Source: Nemertoderma westbladi (Eukaryota > Animalia > Xenacoelomorpha). Taken from it: a stretch of 41,357 nt of DNA. The DNA is taken from contig JAUCBJ010000037.1 of the NCBI GenBank assembly GCA_032718475.1, positions 1 through 41,357 of the forward strand, in the 5' to 3' direction. Both the position numbers and the translations under genes were made by a program. Shown here one piece after another: positions 1 through 11,040 of this stretch (positions are counted from its first letter, which is position 1; each line of letters starts with the position of its first letter). The notes beneath the pieces are model-generated. The model saw nothing but the letters and a program-made list of their open reading frames with translations. It ran no database searches and was not told the origin of the DNA.

Positions 1-1218
1 ATATATAACTATATAAGTATTATTACAGACTAGGTTTATCTCCGAATACCGGTATAATTTTAGCACAAATATATACAAATATATAATAGGCCTATCGGAA
101 TACCGGTATACAGCTTACAGTTTGCAGTATATATAATTCTGGAATAGAATTAATTACAAGTACCGGTATAATTTCAGCCTAGATTTATAGAAATAAGATA
201 ATAGGCCTATCGTAAATACCGGTATATCAATTATTTCAAATAATTGAATTTCTGTTACTTTAGGGTTACTTTGTTACTTTACTTACTTTATTACCGTTAT
301 TTGAGCAGTAGTCTAACTGATATTGAGACCTAATGGTTGTAAGGTAGGCCTACTATTTATAAATCGTTAGATTTGATTTATAATATATATATACCCGTTT
401 TAATGGGTTTTGTCAATGTTTGAAATAAATGTTATTATTTCTGGGGAGTAATCACTACACAAAGCGGTGTGCTTTCAGTGAAGTGTTACTTATAGGACAC
501 TAAAACAAATAATTCTAATTTACCTAAGTTACTTAATACTACAAATTACGTACAATTCGGGTGAGATTACAAACTCTAAATAAACACAAAAATTTACAAA
601 ACACAAAATACGAATTTTTAGGGTAATTTTACAAGAAGTCTACAAACCAGCCTAACAAAGGGTTAGAATTCTGGTTATTACAACGGACAGGGTACTACGG
701 TATTTGAAATAATAAGTAGTAGTAAATACACTGCGTTGTCTAGATAGGAAAATACCACTGCCTGACGACCTATAGCCGTATCGCTATAGGTTCTACGTTA
801 TGTATCACGGAGTGTTCCTACCTAGAAGTTAATAGAGCTAATCGAATGTGCCTATCAACCACTTTACAACACAAATATAATGCCTACACTAATTACTTCG
901 GAAAGTACTGTACACTAAACCCTAAATTAGGTACGAGTACTTGTACAACAGATAATCAGTAGTTAAATATACTTGAACAGCTAAAAGAACCACGGCATCT
1001 GCTGGAGTGACCGATGCACAAAATCACCAGTCTTTACCTACGCCGAGCAGCCCGTGTAGTACCGGGGTTAATTTAACTATAGCGGTATGTATAACAAACA
1101 CAATTACTGTAGGAACAAACTTGGGGAATGAATGTTGCGGATAATCGCATAAACTCTGAATAATAAATATTACGCTACGCGTACAAACTACTCAAACAAA
1201 ATACAGACCGAACACTGA

Positions 1219-1734
1219 CAGACTACTATCAAGCCTAAACAAACTACGGTATATGCAGACTCCGAAATGATTAGGGAGTATGCGCTCTAACCCAGTAGTG
1301 CGACTTATTCTTTAGTTGGGGGTTTACCTTACAGCGTTCGCTGCCCCTACTGCCTAACCGTACTTAATCGGACAGATGATCTACACACGCGGCAATCCGT
1401 TCAGACCTAATAACAGCCAGACAACTATCCAGCCTACAAATTATCTAAGTAAAATTATACGCTACCCGTACAGACTTACACAAACAAAGTACAGACTAAA
1501 CGATGGCAGACTACTCTCAAGCCTAAATAAACTACAGGACATGCAGACTCCGAAATGATTAGGGAGTATGCGCTCTAACCCAGTAGTGCGACTTATTCTT
1601 TAGTTGGGGGTTTACCTTACAGCGTTCGCTGCCCCTACTGCCTAATCGTACTTAATCGGACAGGTGATCTACACACACTGCAATTCGTTCGGACTTAACA
1701 GCAATCAGACAACAGCTCAGCCTACAAATTGTCT
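1219..1734. repeat. Direct duplication, two copies of about 228 bp (1219-1446, 1507-1734), period 288 bp
   Basis: Core TCCGAAATGATTAGGGAG...CTTAATCGGA (1261-1372 vs 1549-1660) differs at a single position; the flanks are more diverged. Confidence 0.9.
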
Positions 1735-3623
1735 GTACAATCTGATCAGGCTTACACGCCTTCTGTTCAATACTGGCCTACAAATAAATAAAACTTGACA
1801 GAAATAAGTAAACCATATAAAGGAATAAGGGGTGATCAATCCCTAATCCCTCAAACAGCCTACCGGTATACAACAATCAAATCGAATAATACTAGTGTAC
1901 TTATACGGAAGTACCGGTTAGAACAGTTAGGCCTACTGACCTACAGAATGTACCGGTTCAGGTTTACCGGTTGACCGGTACTTTCAACTTTATTGCTTAC
2001 TGCAACAAAGAAGCTAAATATCCTTTAATGTTCGCGCTTTCAGACCTTTGGCAGTTTAACCCGCCAAATTAAGATGTCTTCTAGATATTAAATCGCTTTT
2101 TAGCTTAGGACAAGTATTTGATTCACTACACTAGTCGAAACCAATCCGTGCGCGACCATTCACCCGCTGGATATTCCCGGGAGATTGGGTTCGACGGTTT
2201 AATTTTATTGCTATGTAAGCCTAATGTATTATTCGACTGACAGTATTATATAATCTCTGACAATATTATTCACCTTCGGGAATATTAACAGTTCCTTTAG
2301 GACGTGGCGCTTTATCTATATAAACAGAGTTATGACTTAAACTACTCACAACGATATGGCTTAATTATAATTCACATATATGGCGCATTCTTTAGGAATT
2401 GCTTCTTTAACAGACTCACTCATACGCAATGCTGCACAATACTGCACACTAATCTGCCAATCTTCACTGATTTTAATCACATATAAAAGGAACACAGACT
2501 GACTCATGTAGGGTCTATCAAATAACATTAGATTCACTTCAAACCACTTTAACATAAGTCACAATCGTTATTGATAACCTTTCTCTCTTACCTTCGGTAT
2601 ATCAAGAATATTGGGTGTCGGGGTTATTTCTCGTTATTCCAATATAATAATTCATCAACAAATATAATGAATAACCGACAACAAATAGCAGTATACAGTA
2701 TTGATTGAGCAGTTAATTTTAGCAGTTTCAGCAGTTATTAAAAGCCGTGTGTCAGCAGTTGCTGTCGCCAGGTCAGTTAAAGGATATATGTCCTTATAAT
2801 TAAACCTCCTAGTGTTGAGCTAAAAAGCAGAAAACACAAAACACTAAAAAGCCGTTCTTTCGTGGCTTTGAAAAACTCGTGACTACTGCTCTATACGAGG
2901 ATACCAACTCCCTTATTCCACGAAGCTCCCGTTCAACACAGAGAAAGAGCAGTGAGATAGGCAAATTTCAGTTCAGTAGCCTGTGATAGGTCAAAATCAA
3001 GGCTAACTCAAATTCTATTGGGAGATACAAAAACAAGGCTATGACGCAACCTCCCTAGGCTTGTTGGCCGATTAAACAGAGCCCAGATGCCTGCGTACAG
3101 CAAATCAGCCAATAAGCTGGTAACTTGCACTATTTTTAGCTGTAGATCACTTTGAGAGTATTCTTAGCGACTGGGGGGGAACTGGCCAACAAGGCAAACG
3201 AATCAGTTATCCCACAAAAGCTTTTACAATGACATTAGTTCGCATAGGCTGCAAATGTGCTAAAATCGCAAACATTTCGCATGCTAATATTCAGGTTATC
3301 CAGGCTTCCAATTCGCAAGTGTCGCATTCGTTTCGCTTACTATTCGCACGCAATCTGTTTGCTGGATACGTAATCTGGTAATTCACGTGATGATCGAAGT
3401 CCCATCAGTGTGTCTATTTACTAACTAAGTGTTTCTACATGCTGCGCGAAGGGCCCAATACTGCATATTTATTTCATTTAACTCACGTGCTGGGTGCTGC
3501 GCGAAAGGCCATACAGTATCTACAGTTACTACATGTAAGTCACGTGCTGCTCGAAAGTTTCTACAGTCAGTAGGGTAAAATAGCCCAATTTTACAGTATA
3601 TTAGAACAATTAGAATAAAGTAT

Positions 3624-3698
3624 AAAAACTTTATAGTGAAAACGTACCCAATATCTATCTGGGTTCGTTATTGGGTACGTTTTCACTATAAAGTTTTT
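3624..3698. repeat. Inverted repeat, 30-bp arms, 15-nt spacer
   Basis: AAAAACTTTATAGTGAAAACGTACCCAATA ... TATTGGGTACGTTTTCACTATAAAGTTTTT. Confidence 0.85.
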
Positions 3699-5184
3699 CT
3701 TCTTTCACAAGAAATAAAAAAAGCCAATTATATTTGCTAAGCATACGGTATAATTGATCTTCTAATATACTGTAAAATGTTCTAGTCAACAAGTTTTATT
3801 TTTACATTGTTACTTTTTCGATCGAATGTACCCCAAAATTTACCTATACTGTAGGATTGCATCGATTTTACTTTTTTCCCGTTGGAAATAGTAAAATAAA
3901 ATATTTTGCTGGAATTTCTTAAATTTGATTGAATACTTGTGTTGAAAGAGCATTGAAGTAAAAAAGGTTTGCATGTAATTTGAACAAAATCCATTCACAC
4001 ACTCAAAAGTTATTGCAACTTCAGTATCTGCAAGGAACTCTTGTTTCTATTTCAGGATGGTGCAATACTCATTGCTTTTCGAAAGAGTTATCGAAATCGA
4101 AGTAGAAAAACTGTGCAGAAGTGCAGTGTTCACGTGATTTCAGCAAAACCAATAAGTTACTGACCCACCGATAACATTGCATAAGGTATTTCATTTCAAA
4201 CACCTAAAGGTAAGTCTATGATACAATTGACCAAGGAGAACCGCTCCTTCACATTACAAAACAGTACAACTTACATTATTAAACATTTTTGGTAACTGGA
4301 CAGTGGACACCAACCCAACCACCACCACCCCCCCCCCCCCCCCCCCCCCTGTAGAGATTATCTAAAAATAAAACAGCTAAAAATAGATATTTCTATGTTG
4401 TCCTCTGACATATGATATTATGAAGTTAGTAAAAAAAGTATTCTACTCTTTGGCATTATTGCATCTTACTGTGGTAATCATAACCTTTGTAGGGAGGGGG
4501 CGCAGTGAGGGGGATCGGGGGACGTTCTCCCAGACGCATTCACCCGGGGGCGCAGTTTGTTGCCACTCATGTGGAAAAGTTTTCTCTGCTCGCTTCGCTC
4601 GCCTGTCAATACATTATAAGTGCACTTTATCATACTAGTGTGTAATGAGTTTCGTTTATTGTTTTGATTAGAATAACGTACCACTGTAACCTGCTCCTTT
4701 CCCTAAATTGAGAATTTAACATTGAGGCGCGATATTAATTCTTCAAGATGGGATTTGTGTCCCCACCCCCCTGCCTCCCGCAATCAGTGGAAATCTGGTT
4801 TCTGGTGACCGTTACACAATATCTCCCAAAAACTGGTCGATCTCACTTTTTGTTGTTTTGCAATTCGTTATTCGTTTTTGAACTGAGTATTGTAATGTGT
4901 TTTTTACTATTCGCACCAATAAGTTATTATAAAAAAATGTTTTAGAATAGTTAGTAGTGATTGGAGGGGTTTACCTATTGTGAGTTGATTATGTATTGTG
5001 ATTGAGTATGAAGATTATATTTCCTTTCGAAAATTAGATGGCACCAAGTCGAAGTCCTCGGGGTCAACGACACATTCTAAAGTACACTAATAAATCTATC
5101 TTCTAATAATATATGCAAAAATAGTTAAGCTGTATTGTCTCATAATGTTGCTATTCAACAACATTTAAAAGTAAATGTAATAAT

Positions 5185-5695
5185 TAGGGATGTTGCGAAT
5201 GTCATATTATAACATCCGCGGATGCAGATGTCTGATGTGACATCCGCACGGATGCGGATGTCTATTAAAACATAATTTTGATATAAATTTTTGCCTGGCC
5301 TCCCTTTTACATCGGTTATACCAGCATTTTAATATTATATTCTAATCTTATATTAATAAACTAACAAGGGTCTAAGGTTATAGAACAGAATGGGACATAA
5401 TATAACAAAACAATAATACAAGAAACATTTTTTATAATGTTCCCGTCGAGTGTTAGTGTATTTTTAGTATTAGTGTAATTTTAAGATAAAATAAAAAAAA
5501 TTCATAAGGGAAAAAGTAGGCTAATTATTATTGATAATTTAATTGAGTGGTTGCTGGGCCTTCCCTTCAGACAGGATGCTTGGATAGTGCATGTAACATC
5601 CGCATGTCACATCCGCATGCCATGGGTGCGGATGCGATTGCGGATGCGAAAAATCATGCGGATATCCTCGGATGCGGACATTCGCCACATCCCTA
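5185..5695. mobile_element. Non-autonomous DNA transposon (MITE), hAT-like termini
   Basis: TIRs TAGGGATGTTGCGAATGTC / GACATTCGCCACATCCCTA; many subterminal CATCCGC/GCGGATG motifs at both ends; no recognisable 8-bp TSD. Confidence 0.7.
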
Positions 5696-6307
5696 ATTCA
5701 AACACACTTTTGGGATCAATGAGTGTTTGGTATGAATTGGTCAAACAGAAAATGTAATGATGTATAACTAATTTAGTTTGTTACGGAATGACCACGGTGT
5801 TATTTATGAATGGTCCCAGATCGCTTTAGCCGAAATGAAAAATAAATAAATAAACAATGTATATCTACGTGTTTATTTGATTCGTTGGGATATATATAAA
5901 TCAGTAACTAAGTACTGATTTAAAATCAGTACTCAATTCATATAATTGTTATACTAATTTCAATACCGGAGTCATTTTATGTTAGACACAGTAAACAAAA
6001 GTTATACGAAATATAAATATAAACACATGTTAAAATATTACATAGGTTCTGGGGGGGAGGTCAGGAGAGGGGGTTCTAAAATATTATACCACGGTATTAC
6101 TATACATAATTAATTATTACTAATAAACTAAATAAAGTAATTAATAAAAATTCAGAAGGTTAGTTAGTTAATCAATAAAAATACGAAAATATAAGTTGAA
6201 CAATATTGGAAACTGTTTAGTAGTTATAATTTTTCACATTATATTCTAAACAAATACAATTAAAAATTTCTGTATAATTTCTTACTCTTCTACAGTTCCA
6301 CGACTCT

Positions 6308-7447
6308 CTATCTCCATATTGTATAGAAAACCCAAAGTTCTTGGTAAGAGGGAACACAGACAGTCTCCTTAGAATAATTCACTTTGCAGGAGAGCTTAGA
6401 TAACTCGATCTCGTACAGTTTCAACGCATTCACGCAGTTGAACCCGTTCCCTTGAGTGAAGTATCTACCATTGGGGGCTAACACGCCCATAGACAACTCC
6501 AAGATAAGTCTCATAAAGTCCCACTGGGAGCCAACAGGCTGCGTACTTAGTGGGATGGCGGTCAGGTCGTTAATAACGTAATCAAACTCCCTACCGTCGT
6601 CGACAAATCCTTTAAGAAGAGGAACACAATCGCCAATGATAACCTTGTAATTATATCCAGTAAGATTATCTAAAGCGTCTCCACAAATTCCAGGTAAATG
6701 AACCTTAGCAGCATCTATAACTAGTTGGTCTATCTCTAACATGACAATCTCTTCAGCATCTACGTCTTTCAACGCTTTCAGTATCCCTCCATCCCCTCCT
6801 CCGAGCACGAGGATTCGTTTCCCACTAAAGTTCTCCTTCCCCCCTCCGGTTATCGTATCCGTGTAGATGCAATCGCTCTCGGAAAGGTTTAGATCGCCGT
6901 CGAGGAACAACATGTTCCCGAACTGGTTGGAACTGTAGATGGCGATATGTTGAAACGGGGAGTCGGCCTCGTAAACCACACCAGTGAAGTCGTACTCTAC
7001 AATCCTCCCATCGGACGTCGGGACGTACGGATTCACGTCTAAACCCAAGCGAATAGGGTCCACTCGGTACGATTTCTCCGCTCCTAGACACGATCGCACT
7101 TCGCTCTCCAACTCAGCTAACCACCTTCGTTCTAACCCACTCCTTGGATTTTCCTCAACGGTTAGTGTTGTTAGATTTTGCTCAATGTTATGCCGTATGA
7201 CTATATGGCTTCCATGGTTACTCACGTAAACAATCAGGATTGTTTTATCATCGGAGAAACGGTGAACTGCAATTGGTTCGCATTTGAAGTTGTGTCGAGC
7301 GACACACTCACCCAAGGCCTCGACCATAGACGTCCCAAAGATCACTGTTGTATCAGACTCATTTCCTCTGGCCGTATTCACACCGTTTGGACGGCTGTGA
7401 GGCGACGGCGCTGATGTTTTGAAACAAATGTGGGAAACAGTCGACAT
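6308..7447 (-). CDS. SMS: Spermine synthase, single-exon, 379 aa
   Basis: Motifs YVPTSDGRIVEYD, SPFQHIAIYSSNQFGNMLFLDGDLNLSESD, ILVLGGGDGG, FDYVINDLTAIP, KETVCVPSYQELWVFYTIW match animal spermine synthase, including the long N-terminal domain absent from spermidine synthase. Confidence 0.93.
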   Translation of the reverse strand: MSTVSHICFKTSAPSPHSRPNGVNTARGNESDTTVIFGTSMVEALGECVARHNFKCEPIAVHRFSDDKTILIVYVSNHGSHIVIRHNIEQNLTTLTVEENPRSGLERRWLAELESEVRSCLGAEKSYRVDPIRLGLDVNPYVPTSDGRIVEYDFTGVVYEADSPFQHIAIYSSNQFGNMLFLDGDLNLSESDCIYTDTITGGGKENFSGKRILVLGGGDGGILKALKDVDAEEIVMLEIDQLVIDAAKVHLPGICGDALDNLTGYNYKVIIGDCVPLLKGFVDDGREFDYVINDLTAIPLSTQPVGSQWDFMRLILELSMGVLAPNGRYFTQGNGFNCVNALKLYEIELSKLSCKVNYSKETVCVPSYQELWVFYTIWR

Positions 7448-7587
7448 ATTATTTACAATACAGCAGTAGTGCAGTAGTGTAACGCTAATACCGGTATGTC
7501 GTTTATCTATAAAGTAGGTAGGCCTAGTCTACGAAAACATTAGTGACAGCCTTAGGTGCCTTTGTTAACAGATCTGCCACAGCCAAG

Positions 7588-7686
7588 CCAATAGGAAAAC
7601 AAATATTAATCATCCAATCGTAGCTCACTTTAGAATAGGCTACTGGAATAGAATGCACTTCCACTAATGGATCCGCCCTCACGTCA
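7588..7686. promoter_or_regulatory. Putative proximal promoter of the SMS gene
   Basis: Two CCAAT boxes (7588, 7614), GC box CCGCCC (7673) and CRE-like TCACGTCA (7679), 140-240 bp upstream of the ATG; motif matches only. Confidence 0.4.
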
Positions 7687-7715
7687 ACCTTAACTTTAAT
7701 AATTTATATTTTTAA

Positions 7716-8427
7716 GGGGGGGGTACACCATTTTCGGACAACTCTTCGATTTATCATTCTCAGCGTTTCAAAATTGTTTGGTTTTGGCTAAAATTTAGCA
7801 TATAAGTGCCTAAGATGCTATTCTATATGACAGAAAAAACATTTTTTCCGCTATTTAATATTAGTTAATACTAGTTAACAATAAAAAAAACTTGGTTGCG
7901 CTTAAAACCCTAAGGCTTTTACAGTTTTGAACCTAATCACATGAAAGTTTTTTTATATGATAGATCAAAGATGGGGCAACATAACTACCGGTATCAGGCG
8001 AAATTTTGAGAAAATAATTCTGCACCGCTAGGTGGCGCTGCAAATTTATGCTAATTTTTAGGTTTTTTATAAATAGTATTAAATTTTATTAACAAAAAAT
8101 TTCGAAAAGTTGCCTGATACTTTTATGCAGGGTGGCAATCTAGACACCCACAGGAAGTTTCAGACTAATTACTCAAAAATTGTAGAAGTAGTAGGGTTTT
8201 GAAGTTGACAATTTCATGAAAAAAATATTTGGAGATAATCGACCTTTCATTAGACATAGTAATAGTAATTTCAATAGGAATCCCTAAATGGAAATTTACA
8301 TAACTTGAAAACTAAAAGAGCTATTTAATAGCGGTTTTCAGATTTGTAAACACCATTCAATGGTGCATTATAATAGACCATAAAAAAAATTTCGACATAT
8401 TTTGGACCAAAATGGTGTACCCCCCCC
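7716..8427. mobile_element. MITE with TTAA target-site duplication, Kolobok-like (purine 5' terminus)
   Basis: Perfect 19-bp TIR GGGGGGGGTACACCATTTT / AAAATGGTGTACCCCCCCC flanked by TTAA at 7712-7715 and 8428-8431; no ORF. Confidence 0.85.
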
Positions 8428-10930
8428 TTAATATTATTTTATTTATATTTAATAGTTAACTTTATTACAGTATAATCCCGTAATCTATGATACACCTGCG
8501 ATACCGATTAGGCGACTAGTTTTAAAATATATTTCGATCATTGGATGCACCCCGCCTGCGTCGGCAAATATAGAGACGCATATACATACACTAACCCTGT
8601 CGCTGTCAGCCTGTTAGAAGAATGGCACTGTCCAAAATGTTTCGTAGAACTAAATTGGGAAGATTTTAAAAAATGATATCTAATTTTGGCGAATTAAAAG
8701 CCGGGATTATTTTAAAATTATTATTAATATTATTACACTCTATTAAAATTGTACTATAAATAGGCTACACATAAACAATAGGAATTGTACTGCAAATAGG
8801 CTGTACATAATTAAAGTTTAAAATAAAAATTGAAAAAAATAGACATTGATACGTTAACACTTCAAAATAAAACAGAAATAAAAATAAAAACGGCTCGTGG
8901 TAGACCAAATAAACAATATTATAGGCCTAATAAAAATAATCTATACCCCCCCCCCCCCCCCCCCCCCAGCGGGGTAAATGGTTAATTTTTTTTCATTTCG
9001 CTGTGTTACCGGTACTTCAGTACTTGTTTGTACATGTTTTAAAATAGTACTGTAGTAGACCTATAGTACATTGTAGTATAATACAATGACAGAATGAGAT
9101 AAATGTGTTTGATACAACCAATTCTATCTTATTTTCAATAACCGTCATTCATCATTTTTAACAAGCTTATAGGCCTACCCTGTCTGCCTGTTACTTACTG
9201 TCTGGCTGTTGTTACGTCAGCACCCTTGCACCTTGTGCTTGTGCGAGGTCCTCAGGCAGTCAGGTCTTTTCTCCTGTCTCTCCAGCTACTGCTGTACTGG
9301 CCTAGGGGAATGAAATTTTTTCTGACTACAACCGTCAAAAAAACTTCGCTCACACATGAAAATTCACGATTTTTTTTCCACCACGCACCTGCGCACCACC
9401 ATCCCATCATGAACCCCTACCAGCCTGACTGTCCTGCTGTCTGTGATTAAGGACGAATTTAAATGGATAAAGTCAGTAGTCACAGGCATTAAACATAAAC
9501 AGCTACTGAGCTTGAGCTACAGATAAACCGGTATTCTGCTAATTTCAGTCATACAGTATGTAGTGTATAGTGTGCAGCCCGGTAAGGCTATAAAGGGTAC
9601 ACTGTACATTCAAATTTTGCACTTCCTTCTTACGGAACTCTATTTCAATTTGTGGTATGCGGTGCACGCATGTCGCACATACCCCACTGCATTCTTAATT
9701 GAGGTCGAGGTCAGGTGGTGTGGCATGTAAATAAGGCAAGAGAAATTGGGAGATTCCTAACAATAAACAATTGTGTGGTGGTGAATACCATCTCATAAGA
9801 TCATGATTATTGGAGTTTTATTAATTATTTACGTCAAGATTAAGAAGCTTTATAACGACAAGTAATTCGCAATAAAATATAACACTAAGTAATTTAAACA
9901 GGGATGTTACAAATAAAAATAACACAGTAATTACATGTAATCTTTGTAATTGAAGTACTTTACTTACTGTATATGTCTATAAATTTTTAATAGTGAAATA
10001 AAGAAATATGTAAGTCAGCGGGCCAATGGCATGGGTCCGAAATTAGTATACACGGGGGTGGGGGGTGGGACTATCGTACTGGTAGTCAGTTAATAGTTCT
10101 GTAGTCTTCTACTGCACTGTAGTTCCCTTGGCGCCATTAAATACATTATACAGATTATATTTCGCATTAAGTAATTGAAGCAGCCAGCTTGTTCTAGTGG
10201 TGACATTCCTGGGTTTCCAATCAACAGGATGCCCTTGGTTCGACCCATTGTTGGGGCAGCACTGTTTGGGCACATTGCTTTAAATGCTGTAGCCTAGCCC
10301 AACCCAGGTTTTCATACTTGACTGGTCTATAATTGGGAACTGAGGTAGGCCTAACTTGCGAAACAGAGCGGAATGATTTACTGCAGAAGATCACAGTGAA
10401 CCTCCATTCCGTGGCCTAAATGATTTCTCCATTCCTTAAAATGTTTCGAATAGTAATATTTTTATACAGTACTTTGCCTGTCTATTTATTTTATGGCTCA
10501 ATTTCATTATCCCTCTCCCCCTCACTCCCCGGGCTTTCTTCATTTTGTTTTTGCGCACCTTTCTCGGCTGGCTTGCCCCCTCCCCACCCCTCCCCATTCC
10601 GTGGTGGTGATGAAGGGGCGTGTGGGCAAGGCGTTGCGTGTGAGGCGCCGTGGGGGTGTGGTTGGGTGCCGACCTCCACATTGTACGCCTACTGTATGAT
10701 GATTTATTAGAATACCGTTAGGACTTCTTACTGTACACGTATTCACTATCTACTGTATCTATCTATCTACAGTATGTAGGCCAATACCAATGTATCTACT
10801 GTATATATGTATATCGGGTGAATTCCTCCGAAGCTATAGCTCGTCCGTCAATGAAAGTTATATCAATCGACGCAGCTCAACCCCAGGATGTGGAAAACAA
10901 AGTTTCGAAAAAATTATCAAAGTTCTGTGA

Positions 10931-11040
10931 CCCTCATTAATGTTTTGTCTCATCATTAATGTTTATTAACCTCATTAATGTTTGCACCCCTCGTTAAAGC
11001 TAGGGAACCTCATTTTAATGTTCATGGCCCTCATTAGTGT
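10931..11040. repeat. Short degenerate tandem repeat (about 20-bp unit, CTCATTAATGTTT core)
   Basis: About 6 imperfect copies of CTCATTAATGTTT. Confidence 0.55.

Noticed and set aside
762-796. Hammerhead ribozyme (CTGACGA followed by a stem)
   Set aside because: The stem CCTATAGC/GCTATAGG is not followed by the required GAAA.
540-3600. Possible LTR element or minus-strand lncRNA (strand-biased composition, promoter-like motifs near 2930-3190)
   Set aside because: No LTR pair, PBS, ORF or other diagnostic feature could be identified by eye.
4327-4349. Long poly-C/poly-G runs (also near 8946, 17524, 18872)
   Set aside because: Common homopolymers; lengths are unreliable and no function is supportable.
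6825-7414. Short ORFs overlapping SMS
   Set aside because: Alternative-frame or antisense shadows of the real CDS.
8591-8985. piggyBac-like MITE (CTAACCCT ... GGTTAA)
   Set aside because: Left TTAA is imperfect and the terminal inverted match is too weak.
10420-10746. Cluster of overlapping ORFs in a GC-rich patch
   Set aside because: Low-complexity composition, no motifs or splice-consistent structure.
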